64,000 nt of DNA from assembly GCA_020137815.1 (NCBI GenBank), contig CM035356.1:7316001-7380000 (forward strand), in the 5' to 3' direction. The position numbers were made by a program, and so were the translations under genes. The notes under the pieces are model-generated. The model saw nothing but the letters and a program-made list of their open reading frames with translations. It was not told the origin of the DNA and did no database searches. How positions within the stretch are numbered: position 1 is the first letter of the stretch; each line of letters opens with the position of its first letter. Below are positions 47,540 through 60,900 of this stretch, one piece after another. This stretch comes from Hormiphora californensis. Taxonomy: Eukaryota; Animalia; Ctenophora.

Positions 47540-48221
47540 ATGCCTCTTTTGCGGAAGCAACCCTTTGTCCCGCTGGACCTCCCCGATGATTTGAAGCCTG
47601 ATGAAGAGGTTTTTATGAACCCTCTCACCAAGGAAATCTTCAGAAATTATGAGTGAGTGTCCAGACTACAGTGTAGATTGTTCTAGTGTGTCTTCCCTAA
47701 TCTTCCTTTGATATAAACCAGTGCGATTTAGGGCCATTTTGTGAACTTGATGACCTCTTTAATGAACTAAACATCCCACCGTTGACCTGCTTTGTCCGCT
47801 AATTTTGAAACCTCTCCCCCAGGGACTATTTCCGTCGCTCTATCTTGTGTAACAGTCTGCTGTGGTCGTGTGAGTACACGGGGAGATCCAACCTAACCCT
47901 TGCGGAGGCCCTGAAAAGTGAAACTGAGGCAGCGGAACATCTGGATAAGATGCCTCTAGCTCTGCAACAGGCAATCTGCTTTATCATTCACAAGGGACAG
48001 GTTAGTGGGATCTACCGAACTAGAGCGGTGTGAGCCACACACAGTGGGATGTCTTATTTTTCTTAACTGAGAACTCTCATCGTGTGAAGGTTGGGAAAGA
48101 GGGGTTACTTGATCTGTAAAGACTTGCTGGGAAAGAGGGGTTACAATATGATCATTACGAATATGGATGATGATGGGATATTGCGAAACCTTGATCGACC
48201 CTCTATCTCTCTCCAATCCCA

Positions 48222-48275
<54 letters not shown>

Positions 48276-48883
48276 GGTGAAACAGCTGGGTGAGATCATT
48301 CTCTCTGAAAGACTCTGTCAGAGCAGCTGTAGTTGTCATGTTGTAATCTTGCCGGCTAATAAAGAGGGTTGAACAAGACAAGCAGAGGGATTTATTGTGC
48401 ATTCTCTGCTCGAGGGGTTGTTAGAGGAAGGGGTCATTTACTAGTTTGTAATGATACATGATAGATAGTCGATAGAGATGCCTAGAGAGTAATCCTTCCT
48501 TTCTTGCCTTGGTTTGAGGTAAAACAAATGTCTTTTTAGGACCTAGAGAAGAGTGTGCCGAGAGGAAAGAATGAATATATTATGTTCTCTCGAACTGTTC
48601 ACTTGGATTGTGGGTCAGCGAAAGGGAGTGAGAGAGGGAGAGTGAGAGAGGCAGAGGAACTGCAATGATGTAGAAGGAAGCAATCGCTTGTAGAGAGAAA
48701 GGGAGATGGGTTGAGAGGGGGAATTTGAGACTCTGGGAGACAGAGAGGAAGAGAGGGGGGTGTCACTCGAGAAATAGAGGGGGGTTATTTCTCGAACACA
48801 CTAGCACTCAGACACACACGTAGAGCTAGTGAGAGAGGGAAGAGGGGGAGCTAGTGAGAGAGAGAGAGGGAGGAGGGGGAGCT

Positions 48884-48942
<59 letters not shown>

Positions 48943-51730
48943 AGGGGGAGCTAGTGAGAGAGGGAGGAGGGGATAGGGAGAAATGAGACACTTCTTCTTC
49001 TCTGCTCTGTGGGATGTGTGCACGCGATGTTGTCCTCTCTCTAATCCATCTAGCGCACTCTTCCCCTCCCCCCTCTTTCTCTCATCCATCTAGCACACAT
49101 CCATCTAGCGCACACGTAGAGCAGCTCCTTTGTTGTGGGATACCGGGAGAGGGAAGAGAGGGCGGGAGAGAGAAGGGGGCCAAGAGAGGGAAGAGAGAGC
49201 TGAGAGCTGAGAGAGAAGCCAGCAGAGAGCTATCAGATATGGGGGGGGGAGTAGATTCAGAGATAAGTGGTGAGAGGGTGCACCCATGGAAACTGGAGAC
49301 GGTATAACAGTTCCAGTGTATACATCACCTGATTCCCTGATTCCTCATGGGTCAACTGTCTTCAACGTCCTCTACCTCAATACAACACACACACAATTTA
49401 CACACAAACACTACAGCTGATATAAATAGTTCTCTAGTTTGACCCTCTCTATACCACCCCACCGGCCACCCTTACCACCCCACCCGGCCACCCTTCTGAC
49501 CTACCACCCTTCTGACCTACCACCCTTCTGACCTACCACCCTTCTGACCTACCACCCTTCTGACCTACCTATACCATCCCCACAATACAAGCACACATCC
49601 TATTATACAGGTTTCCAGTTTGACCTCCTTTGTAAACGAAGTGCTAAGTTTCTATCGGGAACGATTCCTACCCGGTGAGGAAGTGGAGATCTCAGAAGCA
49701 ACTGGAGGAAAAGGGTAAGAAACTCTGTGAGATATTTGATTTCACTACACAGAGACGATATGATCTTGCCTTGTTCGACCCTCTTTCTCTCCGCGCCCCG
49801 GAGGGTTAGAACATCGCAACAATGATCTATATCTGGGTCTGGGATATATTCGCTGCCTGGTTTTGGTTAGCCAAGATCAGCCAATACCAAACCCTTACTC
49901 TCTGAATGTTTTCAGTTCCTCATGTACGGGTGTGATACAGGATGTAATTCTTGATAAAGGAGCAGTGTACCACCAGCCCAATAAGATAGAGTACAGGTGT
50001 GTGGTGGTGGATACTGGAGAGATCATCCTGGCTGCAGGCAACCAAGTTAGGTAAGTAGCTCTGTAAAGCTATAGCGAGTTTAAATTGTTGTTAGATTGTT
50101 GACAAGATAAATAGCCTGTCCCTTAGTCCAAGATTTAAATCAGAGTGCTTTGAAAAATTATACTGCTGTTCATCTTACATTACATCTTCTACTTCCAAGT
50201 ACACAATCTATATGACGTATACAATTCGAGGTCGCCTGTATTTCATCCTATTTCTACTTCCCAGAACCTTGTCTCATATAAGACCGTCCTCTTCGCACCG
50301 GGGTGCACGAAGTACAGTCAGTGCCTAACAACCAGTTATACCCCAGTAAACATTTCTCCCTCTTGTTTTGGTTACTATAGTCATTCAACCTAACCCCCCC
50401 TCCTTAGCCGACGAAAACACCAGCTGACACGAGAACGGGTTAAATTACTGGTGAAATGCTCCGCTAAGAAAGTCACGACAGAACCAGCCCTATATGTTGT
50501 CAAGGTTTGTCTTTAGATTGGTTGGTTGGTGGAGAAGTGTTACAGGGTCTCACACGAGTAAACGCACACGCACATTGAGCAAGCTCAATTTAGCTAGTCA
50601 CCGGCGGGGTTTGGGCCGGTATGGGGCTGAGGTACTAGCAAGATATAGCTCTCTACTAAAGGGTCTCAGTTCTCACACCTTTCAATTTCCCACCAAAACC
50701 ACTGCCAACTGTCATACTATAACATGAATGGTTCTTCGGCCTTAGATAATAGGACAGTCTTTCACCTTGAGACTCACTTCACTGTCATCAAATACTAGCT
50801 ATAATACTAGTACCTCTGAAATGGGCCATCACTTACACCCATTACCCACCCTTTAGTTATCCCCCTACTGCACCTCTTAGTTAGGTACCCTGAGGGTATG
50901 ATGTGTGCACGACTCACTTAGGTCCCCTCTCTAATACCGAGAGATATATCTCTTGTGTGCGTGTTAGGATATTCAGTCCGGGGGGGGGGGGGGGGGGGGG
51001 TGTCATTCAGCCAGACCAAGTTTTACGTACTTCAGATTTATAATGTACATGCACAATTACAACATGCTCTAACGGGGCGAAGGTCACTCTGATAATTTTC
51101 ATTGTCTGTTGAATTGTGATGAAACGCGGTGCGATGCCGTTCATGAATCAATCATTAGCTGTTCATTAGGTGGGTTTTTCAGTTGTTTATTAGATGGGTT
51201 TCAGGCAGATTCATCGACCTGCCAGTCGCTGCGAAAGTAGGCAGGACCAGCAGGGACAACCTGTACCCAGAGAAAAATAGTTCGACTCACGAGTATGGTG
51301 GTCTAACCTTTATGTTCCCATAAAGTTGTTATTTTCCTTACTCATTATTTAAGGCATAAAGCTGGTGGGGTAGGGAGCGGTGGTCTTACTTTCTGCTATA
51401 GAAATGTTCCTTGTGTTTTACTAGGGATAGAGTGCAGGGTAATGGGTTTGTGAGAGGTAATCGGTTAGGTTTGGAGTGGTGCGAGAGAGCAGTTGCGAGA
51501 CTAAGCACCTCCTGCGCACAGTGCAATTCTCCCACAATGTCAGTTCCGGTTTTACTATTCTTGGTCCCATTGAACTCTTGATCATCTCCAGCTGTGGTGT
51601 TTTGGGGGGTTTTATCTGAACGCAGATCCGTCCTACACTCTCTCAGTTCTCCCGTGTTGAGTAGTGGATGTTACCCGATACCCAGCAAAGCCCTTCCCCT
51701 TTCTCTTTCTCTCTCTGGTTTCTCTCTCTC

Positions 51731-51817
<87 letters not shown>

Positions 51818-53557
51818 CATAACATCGGTTCGTTCCTCACTACATCCATCTTTATAAACATAAATGCATCTCCTCCTCCCCTCCCCCTCTAAATAACATC
51901 TGACTCCATGATACCCATCTCCCAGTTCCTACCCCTCCCTTCAGAGTCCTAGCCTTCGTCATTGAGACTGAAGAGAGGTTCAAACTCTTCGTACACACAT
52001 ACTCCACTCACTTTGGAGAATAACAGAAGGATGAGGGAGAGAAAGGGTGAGAGTGTGCACAGAGAAAATGAGTTGCGAGAGAGCTGCTTCGAGAACAAAC
52101 AAACGGAGGGAAAGGGAGATGGAGAAGAGAAGGGAGATGGAGAAGGGAAGGAGAGAAGGGAGAGGGAAGGAGAGAAGGGAGAGAGAGGGTTATCCGGGGA
52201 ATGATAGAGGGGAGGTAGGAACTAAACACATTCCAAGGGATAGGTCGCTCCACCCGTCCCCGGATAGGTCCAATATGACCCGCTATCATGTCCCACTCTG
52301 ACCCTGTTTCTCTCATTTTAAAAACAGAATACAACCAAGTAGTTTAGTTGAAGGAGAGATCACAAATTACAAAATACATAACAGTAGGGACAGTACTGTG
52401 GGACACCCTGTATTACCCTTTGTTTTGTTCAAGCCCCTGGGCTCGGTGACATGACAGGGCCGAGCAAGGCATCCCTTGACTCGACCTGCTGACACGCTCC
52501 CCCCTATTCCTACACCCCTGCTGACACGCTCCTTCTCTCTTGCAGCAAGAGCATATCGAGCGGCTGAAGCTAGATGAAAACTATACGGTACCATACATTG
52601 CGGACTATGGCAAAGCAAATCCTAACAGCGCCAAACGTAGTAAGTTTTTATCCGACACTGAGTTGTTTTCTGTATGTGAGAAGGAAGAGGGAGATAGTTA
52701 GAGGGCGAGAGAGAGAGTGTGTAGTGAGAGAGATGAAATGAATACTGATGGAGCGATCATAGAGTGCCGCGGTAGAATTGAGATGATGTATTCAGTCTTC
52801 AGAGAGGGTTGAGAGGAAGAAAGAGAGAGGGAAAGAAAGAGGGAAAGAAAGAGGGAGAATGAGAGAGGGAGAGATCAGGGAAAGATAGAGAATATATAAC
52901 AACAGAGAGGGGGTGCCAGTATACTGAACGAGTGTGTACTGTGTAGTACACATGTGTGTCTTTTCACAACAGGAAAGAATATTGTACAAATCACTTGAGT
53001 CCCCCTGCTAGAGAAGTCTACAATATATCCCATTCTATAACTTCTAAATTCTAACATTTAGTAATCTCTTCAGAAAAAGAGATAGAAGGTGGTCCGGGAG
53101 AGAAAAAGAGGAAGAAAGAGAAGAAAAAGTCTATTGAAATGACAGGTTAGAGATTAACAAGGCTACCATTTAATAGATATCTCTTCTTCTACTTCAAGCA
53201 GATATATGATAACCATCCCCCTCTGCACAGAAGAAGCGATAAGACTGGTGGCAGAAGAGAGGAGGAAACTGATCGAGGAAGAGAGAAACAGAAAAAAGAA
53301 GGAGAGACAAGAGGTAGGTTGTCTTGGTTGGCCCTCTCCGCGAGAGAAATGGGGTTAGAACAATTTATAGGGAAGGTGTTAGAACCAGGTGGTGGGTATG
53401 GTGTCACCCATTTCCATAATCTCTCCTGATCATGTATCGATCCTCTGAACCCCTCCCCTCTTTTTCAGGAGCGAGAACTGCAAAGGAAGATGCAGCTGGC
53501 AGAGCAAGCATTTCTCAAGGAATGGATGAGACCCCGTGAGGTGTGTTTTAGAGAGGG

Positions 53558-53592
<35 letters not shown>

Positions 53593-53649
53593 AGCTCTCT
53601 CTCTCTCTCTCTCAGCTACTCGCATCTCTTACTCTCTCTCTCTCTCATC

Positions 53650-53680
<31 letters not shown>

Positions 53681-53681
53681 C

Positions 53682-53712
<31 letters not shown>

Positions 53713-53716
53713 TCTC

Positions 53717-53780
<64 letters not shown>

Positions 53781-53976
53781 GTCTCTCTCTCTCTCAAAAG
53801 TATCAAAAAAGTAAGTATCTCTCTCTCTCCCCCTCTCTCCCAGGATTTAGAGTTGACAAAACCCCTAATTCCAGCAATTGTTCCCAGGATCTAGAGTTGA
53901 CGGATAGTAAGGAGCTACCGGTTATGAGACCGCCCCAAACAGTCCTAGATAACTCTCTATACGGCAACCTTATACA
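47540..53976 (+). CDS. BAZ1A: BAZ1A/ACF1 chromatin remodelling subunit, 5' part (WAC domain to the start of DDT)
   Basis: MPLLRKQPFVPLDLPDDLKPDEEVF...EIFRNYE/DYFRRSILCNSLLWSCEYTGRSNLTLAEALKSE; later FLKEWMRPRE/DLELTDSKELP...YGNLIQ. The continuation is lost in degraded sequence after ~54.1 kb. Confidence 0.88.
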
Positions 53977-54109
53977 AGTAATGTTAATGTTTTTTAGTAT
54001 CAATTAATTTATATTACTGCAACCCAACCGCCGGAGAAATCTACTAGAACCCTCCATCGTCCACCTTCAGCTCTTAGAATAGTAATAGGAACTGTTATAA
54101 TTAGGGACT

Positions 54110-55660
54110 AACCAAAAAGGGTTAAAAAGGGGTTTTAAAAAAAACCCCCCCAATTTTTTTTTTTTCCCCCTTTTTTTTTTTTTTGGGGGGGGGGGGGTTT
54201 TTTTAAACCCGGGCCCCCCCCCTTTTTTCTTTTCCCCCCCCCCCCCCCTTTTTTTTGGGGGGGGTTTTTGTTTTTTTCCCCCTTTTTTTTTTTTCCCCCC
54301 AACCCCTTTTTTAAAAAAAAAAAAACCCCAACTTTTTTTCCCCCCCCCCCAAAAATTTTTCCCCCCGGGGTTTTTTTTTGGGGGGAAAGGGGTTTTTTTT
54401 TAAAATTTTTTTTTCCCCGGGGGGGGGGGCTCTTTGGGGGCCCCCCCTTTTAAAAAAATTTTTTTTCCCCCGGGCTTTTTTTCCCCCCCCTTTTCCCCCC
54501 CCTTTTTTTTTTTTCCCCCCCCCCTTTTTTTTCCCTCTCTTTTTTTCCCCTTTCGCCCTCTCTTTCCTCCCCGGTTTTTTTAAAAAAAAAAAGTAAGTAA
54601 TTTCTCTCTCCCCCTTCCCCCCCGCCCCCCCATCCCCCGGATTTAGAGTTTTTACAAAACCCCCAATTTCCGCCCAATTGTTCCAAGGGTTAAGTTGACG
54701 GATGTAAGGAAAATACCGGTTTTTGAGACCGCCCCAAAAAAGGGCCCCAAATTTAAACCCCCTTTTTGGAAAACCCCCAAAAAGTTTTTTTAATGTTTTT
54801 TTGTTTTTCAATTTTAAATTTTTTATTTTCTGAAAAACCCCAAACCGGGCCGGGGAAATTAAAAGAAACCCCCCTCGTCCCCCTTCCGCTTTAGAATAGT
54901 AATAAAAAACTGTTTAAAATTTGGGGCTAAACAATTTTTTTACAGTCTAATGGAACCAAAACCTGTGTATGATATACCCTTTATCTGAAATTTGAACCCT
55001 TTTTAGAACTGCACCGTTTTTTTTCAGAAATTTTGTTTAGAATTGTGACCCTATTATTTTAATTGTTTAAATTAGAGTGTTTTAGTAACTCAGAACCCTC
55101 CCCGGGGGGACGTTTTAAAGTATGTTTTAGTTTACTTGAAACCGTTTTTTGGGAGAAAACAAAGTCATTTTTACCCAATTCAGATCATTTTTGATTACCC
55201 CCTTCCAGTCCCTTGTTTCCCCATAGGGTATCCCCCAATACAAAAATGATTTAGGTCCCAAAATTCAAGATAACCGGGGGAGAGAGTTTGATATTTTGTA
55301 TTCTAAAAGAGGAGGGGTTTTTTTTCTTTCTTATAAACTTTTTAAAAAATTTTCTCCTTCCTCTTTTTTAAACCCCCCCCTTTCCCGTAAACCCAAATCC
55401 CCCCCATTGGGAGGCAATGGGTTCCTCTGGTTGTTTGGGGAACACGTTAACTTTTCTGAGGAATTCCCACAAAGGGATACCCAAACCCAAAGGATTAACA
55501 TAGGTTTGGGGGGAAAAGGGGGGCCAATTTCCCCCTTTAAATGAATTCCTTTTAAAAGTCATAAAAGGGGGGTATATCCCCGCCAAAATTTTAGTGTTGC
55601 GGAAAAAAAGGGAAAAACCCCCTCCCCAACAAAAAGTAAGTGGTTGAACAAATAACATAA
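54110..55660. other. Low-quality, homopolymer-inflated assembly segment, partly a corrupted duplicate of ~53.5-54.1 kb
   Basis: 54590-54910 repeats 53805-54095 (GGATTTAGAGTT, GTTGACGGAT, GAGACCGCCCCAAA, TTAGAATAGTAATA) with expanded runs. Confidence 0.85.
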
Positions 55661-55879
55661 AATTAACCGTGATTCAATGACCGCACAGAATGAGGACGTG
55701 TGTTATGTCTTTCTTACTGTCTCAGCAACAATCTTGTGAAATGCTGGAGCTCGTGATCATCGCGAGAGGGGGAAGGAAGGGGGAGGGAAGGAAAAGGAAA
55801 AAGGAGAGAGAGAGAGGAGAGGAGAAAAGGAGAAGAAAGAGGAGAAAAAAGAGGAGAAAAGGCCCCGGAGGAAAGTTGG

Positions 55880-56460
55880 CAAGTGCATCAGTATCTAAAA
55901 TTTTAGGTAATTTTGGTGCATCATCAGATGGTGGCCTTCGCCCCACATGGGCCGACTGAGGCCCCCAGTGGCCGTGGGCCAGATTTAGTCATAAACGTGA
56001 TATAATATGAACCATATTTAGACTCTAGGAAACCTAAAAATACAATTTGAAAAAATGATGCACTGATGCACTTAGACACGCCAAAATACTGTGACTAATT
56101 TTGGCCATTTCGGGGTATTTTAATTTCATACTTAGTCTTAAACAGTCATAAACGTGGTATATGAACCATATTTAGCCTGTAGGAAACCTGAAATTTAAGA
56201 AAAAACGATTTTTTTAAAAATGATGCACTGATGCATTTGGATACGCCTCGATACTGAGTATTTATCAGTATCTAAATTTACAGTGTATCGGAGTGCATCA
56301 TTTTGACAAAATGCAAACTTAAAACGATTTTAGCGAAAAAGCTACCACTAAACGTGTCCCTGGACTATTTCTAGAGCTTCTGTTGATATTTTCAAAAAAT
56401 TTTGGCTGATCAATGTGCATCATGATGCATCATTTCCTTTTTCAGTGCATCAGTATTAAA
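55880..56460. repeat. Probable DNA-transposon fragment with multiple TGATGCAC/GTGCATCA motifs and a ~100-bp internal duplication
   Basis: AGTCATAAACGTG...ATATGAACCATATTTAG...TAGGAAACCT occurs twice, and the motif appears in both orientations. Confidence 0.5.
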
Positions 56461-56488
56461 TACTCAAATACTCATGTTTCCGTCACTG

Positions 56489-56576
<88 letters not shown>

Positions 56577-57986
56577 GAGATAGAGATAGAGAAAGAGATA
56601 GATAGAGAGAGAGAGAGAGATAGTGAGATAGTGAGAGAAAAATCTGAGTCATTTTCAGAAACCTCTAAATTTACAAAATACCAGATAATAATGAGACTCC
56701 TCGTCCCCAAGAATATATCAAATCTATGATATCTAGATATCCAATAATATATCCTAAAATGCATGCTTCTCATATTACCGATCCATTTCAAAGTTTGCCA
56801 TGCTTGTCCTTGTTTTATGGGTTGACTGGATTTCTCGAGTGAGGGGGGGGGGGGAGCATTTGGTTACATTTTGGTACGATACTTTATGGTCCGTGCCATT
56901 GTATATGTATTGTATTACTTTTTTTTCGTAAATGTAAGAATTGGTCAGACTTCTTTACACCAAGAACACGACGACTCTCTTAAGAATGCATTTCCTGGGT
57001 TGTGGCCGATGGCAATATCGGATTTGTATGATATTCGTTCCAGGATATATCGGCACATAATTAATGTGTATACCCAGTGAATCAGTAGTTAACCCTTGTA
57101 TACTAATTATTACGTAACCTCTCGCTCCATAGACAAACTGCTGCAACTGCTCTTACCGGAAACCTATCCTGGTACCGGGCCTACTGTATTGTTCCCTCCC
57201 CCCTTCTTTCTCTCCCCCTCTGTCTCTGTCCCCTCACTGTGTCTGCTCTAGTTCTCCATTAGATGCAGTTGTCCTGCAGCAGTAGCCAGCCCTTTTGTGA
57301 CATGGTGTGCTTGGCTTGCTTTTTCAAAATGTGGGGTTTTTCAGTGTTGTTACCCTGCTGTTACCACCTTTCTTGTTCATAGTAAATGCGTAACTGATTC
57401 TAGTTGTGTTTCCATGGTAACTGATTCTAGTTGTGTTACCATGGTAACTGATTATTAGTGTTGTTCATAGTAACTTGTTCATAGTGTGTTACTGATTCTT
57501 GTTGTGTGTTACTGATAACTATAATGTTACTGACGTTGGTAACTAATATGTAACTGCCATCACACTAAAAATATTGCACGGTTTATCCGACCATTTTAGT
57601 ATCTTTCTTGAGTATCTCTCTCTCTCTCTATCTCTCTCTCTCTTTATCCTTAATTCTCTCTCTCTATCCCCCCTCGCACACATGTTGTTTACGCCAGCGG
57701 AGAATGGCTGGGTGTCCACTGTCCACACATTATATGTTATTGTAGCCCCACAGTTAGATAAACACAACACTCATTTTTCTGATCATCTACCCCCCATTAG
57801 TGTAGTGCTGTCTCTCTCTTTGTGTTTTGTGTCATGTCTTGCAGTTGAGTGCAGAGATGTCAGACCATAGATCAAAGGTTTGTGAAACTTTTTTGTTTGG
57901 TTTTATGTTTATTCTCCTACCTCTCTGACCTCCCTCCCTTTATCTTTATCTTCCTCTCTTCAAACCCCTCTCCTCATCATGTAGGC

Positions 57987-60900
57987 ATGTTAACGCTCCT
58001 TGAAAGGCCTAACAAGCGATATTGCAAGATCTGCCTCCACCAGGTAGCATCCCCGCTACGAGCATAGCTCTCCTGCTTCTCTCACTGCATCTCTCTATCT
58101 CTCTCTTTGAGCTCTCTAGCTCCTGCGTCTCTCTCTCTGCTAGAATACTTGAATTATATTTCTTGACTCATAAATGTCGGGTATAATTCTAGTATTTTCC
58201 TATCAGTGCTGCTTGTAGTCAAATTACCGTAATGAAAATACAGTAAGGAGACGCGCACGGTGCATAACGCGCGGCAAAAAGTTCATGTGTCAGCACGTAC
58301 TAGCGCCCTGATTGGTCACGGTTGCGCGTCGTCTTACTGTATCTTTCGTTTTCCATTACCGTTTTCCCACTACAAGCGACCGTGTATGCTATATAATCGC
58401 TAAACCAGCTGAACAGATACTAACTATTTGCTTGACCTGTTGAGCTAAGTCCGATGGCTCTGATAATCAGAGTCTGATTGTATCTGTCTGGTAGGGTGCC
58501 AAGTTTGGTGTAGTAGCTCTACACTTGCAATCATACAATATATCTCTCGGTGAGAGATCTTTGCATGTTAGGGGAACAAAAGTGTACTTTCTATTCTTCT
58601 ATTCTACAGCTGCGCTTTTGTCCACCAACATTAGGCACACCAACAAATCGCTGAAGTCTCGATCTTGATCACCATCCCAATAATACAATATACCGGCCAC
58701 AATTACAACTCTAAAACATTGTCATACCTCAAGTGATCTAATATCCTCTCCTCACAGTGCAACAGAACCCGGGCCAAGTCGGAGAGTGCCCTAAAGAAGC
58801 CTGAGGATGGGAACTTTACCCTGCTCCTAGAGAGATCTGACAAAGGGAAGGAGTTTGGTATTAGTATCAAGGAAAGTGATACTGGGTACCCTCTCATCAC
58901 ACATGTTATCAAAGGTAGGAGACCTATAGGGTGTTTTAAATTTTTTGATTTCTTTTGTGCAGATATCTGGTTGTGTGAACATGCTAATGCTCTAACAGCT
59001 CTACTTCGATCTTTTTAACGATCACTATTTCTATCTCTATCACTCTAACACCCTCTCTCTCTTTCCAGGATCGTATGCCCACAAGTCAGGGCTCCAAGAG
59101 GGAGACTACGTCCTAACAGTGAACGGGATCAATACAGCCAACATGACTGTCCCTACTGTCAATGACAGGATCAAGTCTGTCTTCACTGAGGGACATGTTT
59201 ATATTGGAATTTGTAGACTGCCACCTAATGAGAAACTAACTGATAAACACAAGGGTAAGAGAAAGATATGGGGGGAGTTAGGATTGGAGGGACTGTGATG
59301 GGTATTGGGTAGTGAGCGTTAGGATGGGGGACTTTAGTAGTGCACGAACTTGGGTAGTTGGGGTAGTTGACTTTATATCTTCCGGTGTCACGTAGCACGA
59401 TCTACAGGATTATGAATCAATACAGCGGAGTTTGTTTTTTAGTTTGTGGTCCAGAAGAATGTTTGCTTGTTTGCTTGTATGCAGTGTTTCTGGCACTTCT
59501 TCAATGACGAGTTTGTGTAGTGAAAACATTGAAAGGGAAAGTTCGATCTTTTGCTGCATGCAGTAGGAACATTGTACATTAGGTGCAGTATAGTAGTTGT
59601 CTACTGGCTGATAATGGCTCACATGAGACATGGGGAGCTATCTAACAGCACGTAGTGGACACGCACACGTTCTTCCCATAGCTCTTGTAGGACAGTAGGA
59701 CACATATCCGGGAAGCATAGCGTATAGACACAGATATATCCTGGAAACACGTGTGGTTAATATCTGACAATGCATTTATGAATAATTAACTAATTGACTG
59801 GATAATGTTCACAATTATATATTACAGATAGTACGTTGTTCAAGAGTAGGGCAGGTCAGACAGATGAGGATCAGTATCCTAATGATGTACCAATACCCCG
59901 CTCTAAATCCATGGTGGACACAAACCCTGTAGCACCAGGTAATTAACTTTTTAATTAATTGATTGACCTTAGTTGCTGTACGGATTTTTCTAGGTTTACC
60001 TACGGTGAAATACCCAGATGTGTAGTATTTCGATTTTTTTCCTCGTCAATGAACTAACTATGTAATTAATATGATGTCCTTCATGTTAATTAATTAATTA
60101 ATTAGTGTGATGTCCTCCACAGGTTCAGATATCGGTGACTGGAGGACAATGTTGGAGAAGCACAAGAGGGAGAACAGTGAGGCTGACAATAGACATGCAG
60201 TTGTAAAGGATCTGTGGAACAAATACGTCAAGGTAAGAAGTGGGTTGGTAACGAATTTACCCCTCCCTTGCCAGTGCGCGAAGAGAGGGGTTATTTCGTA
60301 ACCAAAGAAGTGGGTTACTTTATAATAATATAATATAGCGTGGTGTGAGAAGTGGGGCCATGTGACGGGGTGTAAGAAGTGATATGGGAAGATGCTAGTA
60401 TTTAACAAGATTCTAGTAGGGTCAGGACTTGGCAAGAATGCTTTGTTTACTGACGGTCTATTGAATCGGATCTAGGTAACTGCTTACTAACAAGCCAGAT
60501 GTGGTTTGTTAGTCTTAGCGAATTAGATCACTTTTTACTCTATACTATTATCCAAGTATAAACTTTCTCAATGAATTCCTACACAAATCGCATTCTTATC
60601 CATCTCATTAATAGAGAAATATGCATAATATTGTTATGTTCTAACCCTCCCTTTACATTTGTAAAGGAACGATGTGATTCGGGGGCGTGGCGCCCGAAAC
60701 ACAGTCTAACCAGACAAGCATGATATACTCTGATTACTTTATCTGTTGTAGAACACATTCAAGAGAAAGAAACAGACAGAAGGTGCTAAACCGACAGTCC
60801 GACCACTAAACAGAAATCAGACAACTGAAAAGTGCATCCAAGTGTACAACCCCTCTCTAGATAACCACTTGAAAACCACCTCAGAACCACTAGATAACCA

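Noticed and set aside
54268-55658. K/G/F/P-rich ORFs
   Set aside because: They are products of homopolymer-inflated low-quality sequence.
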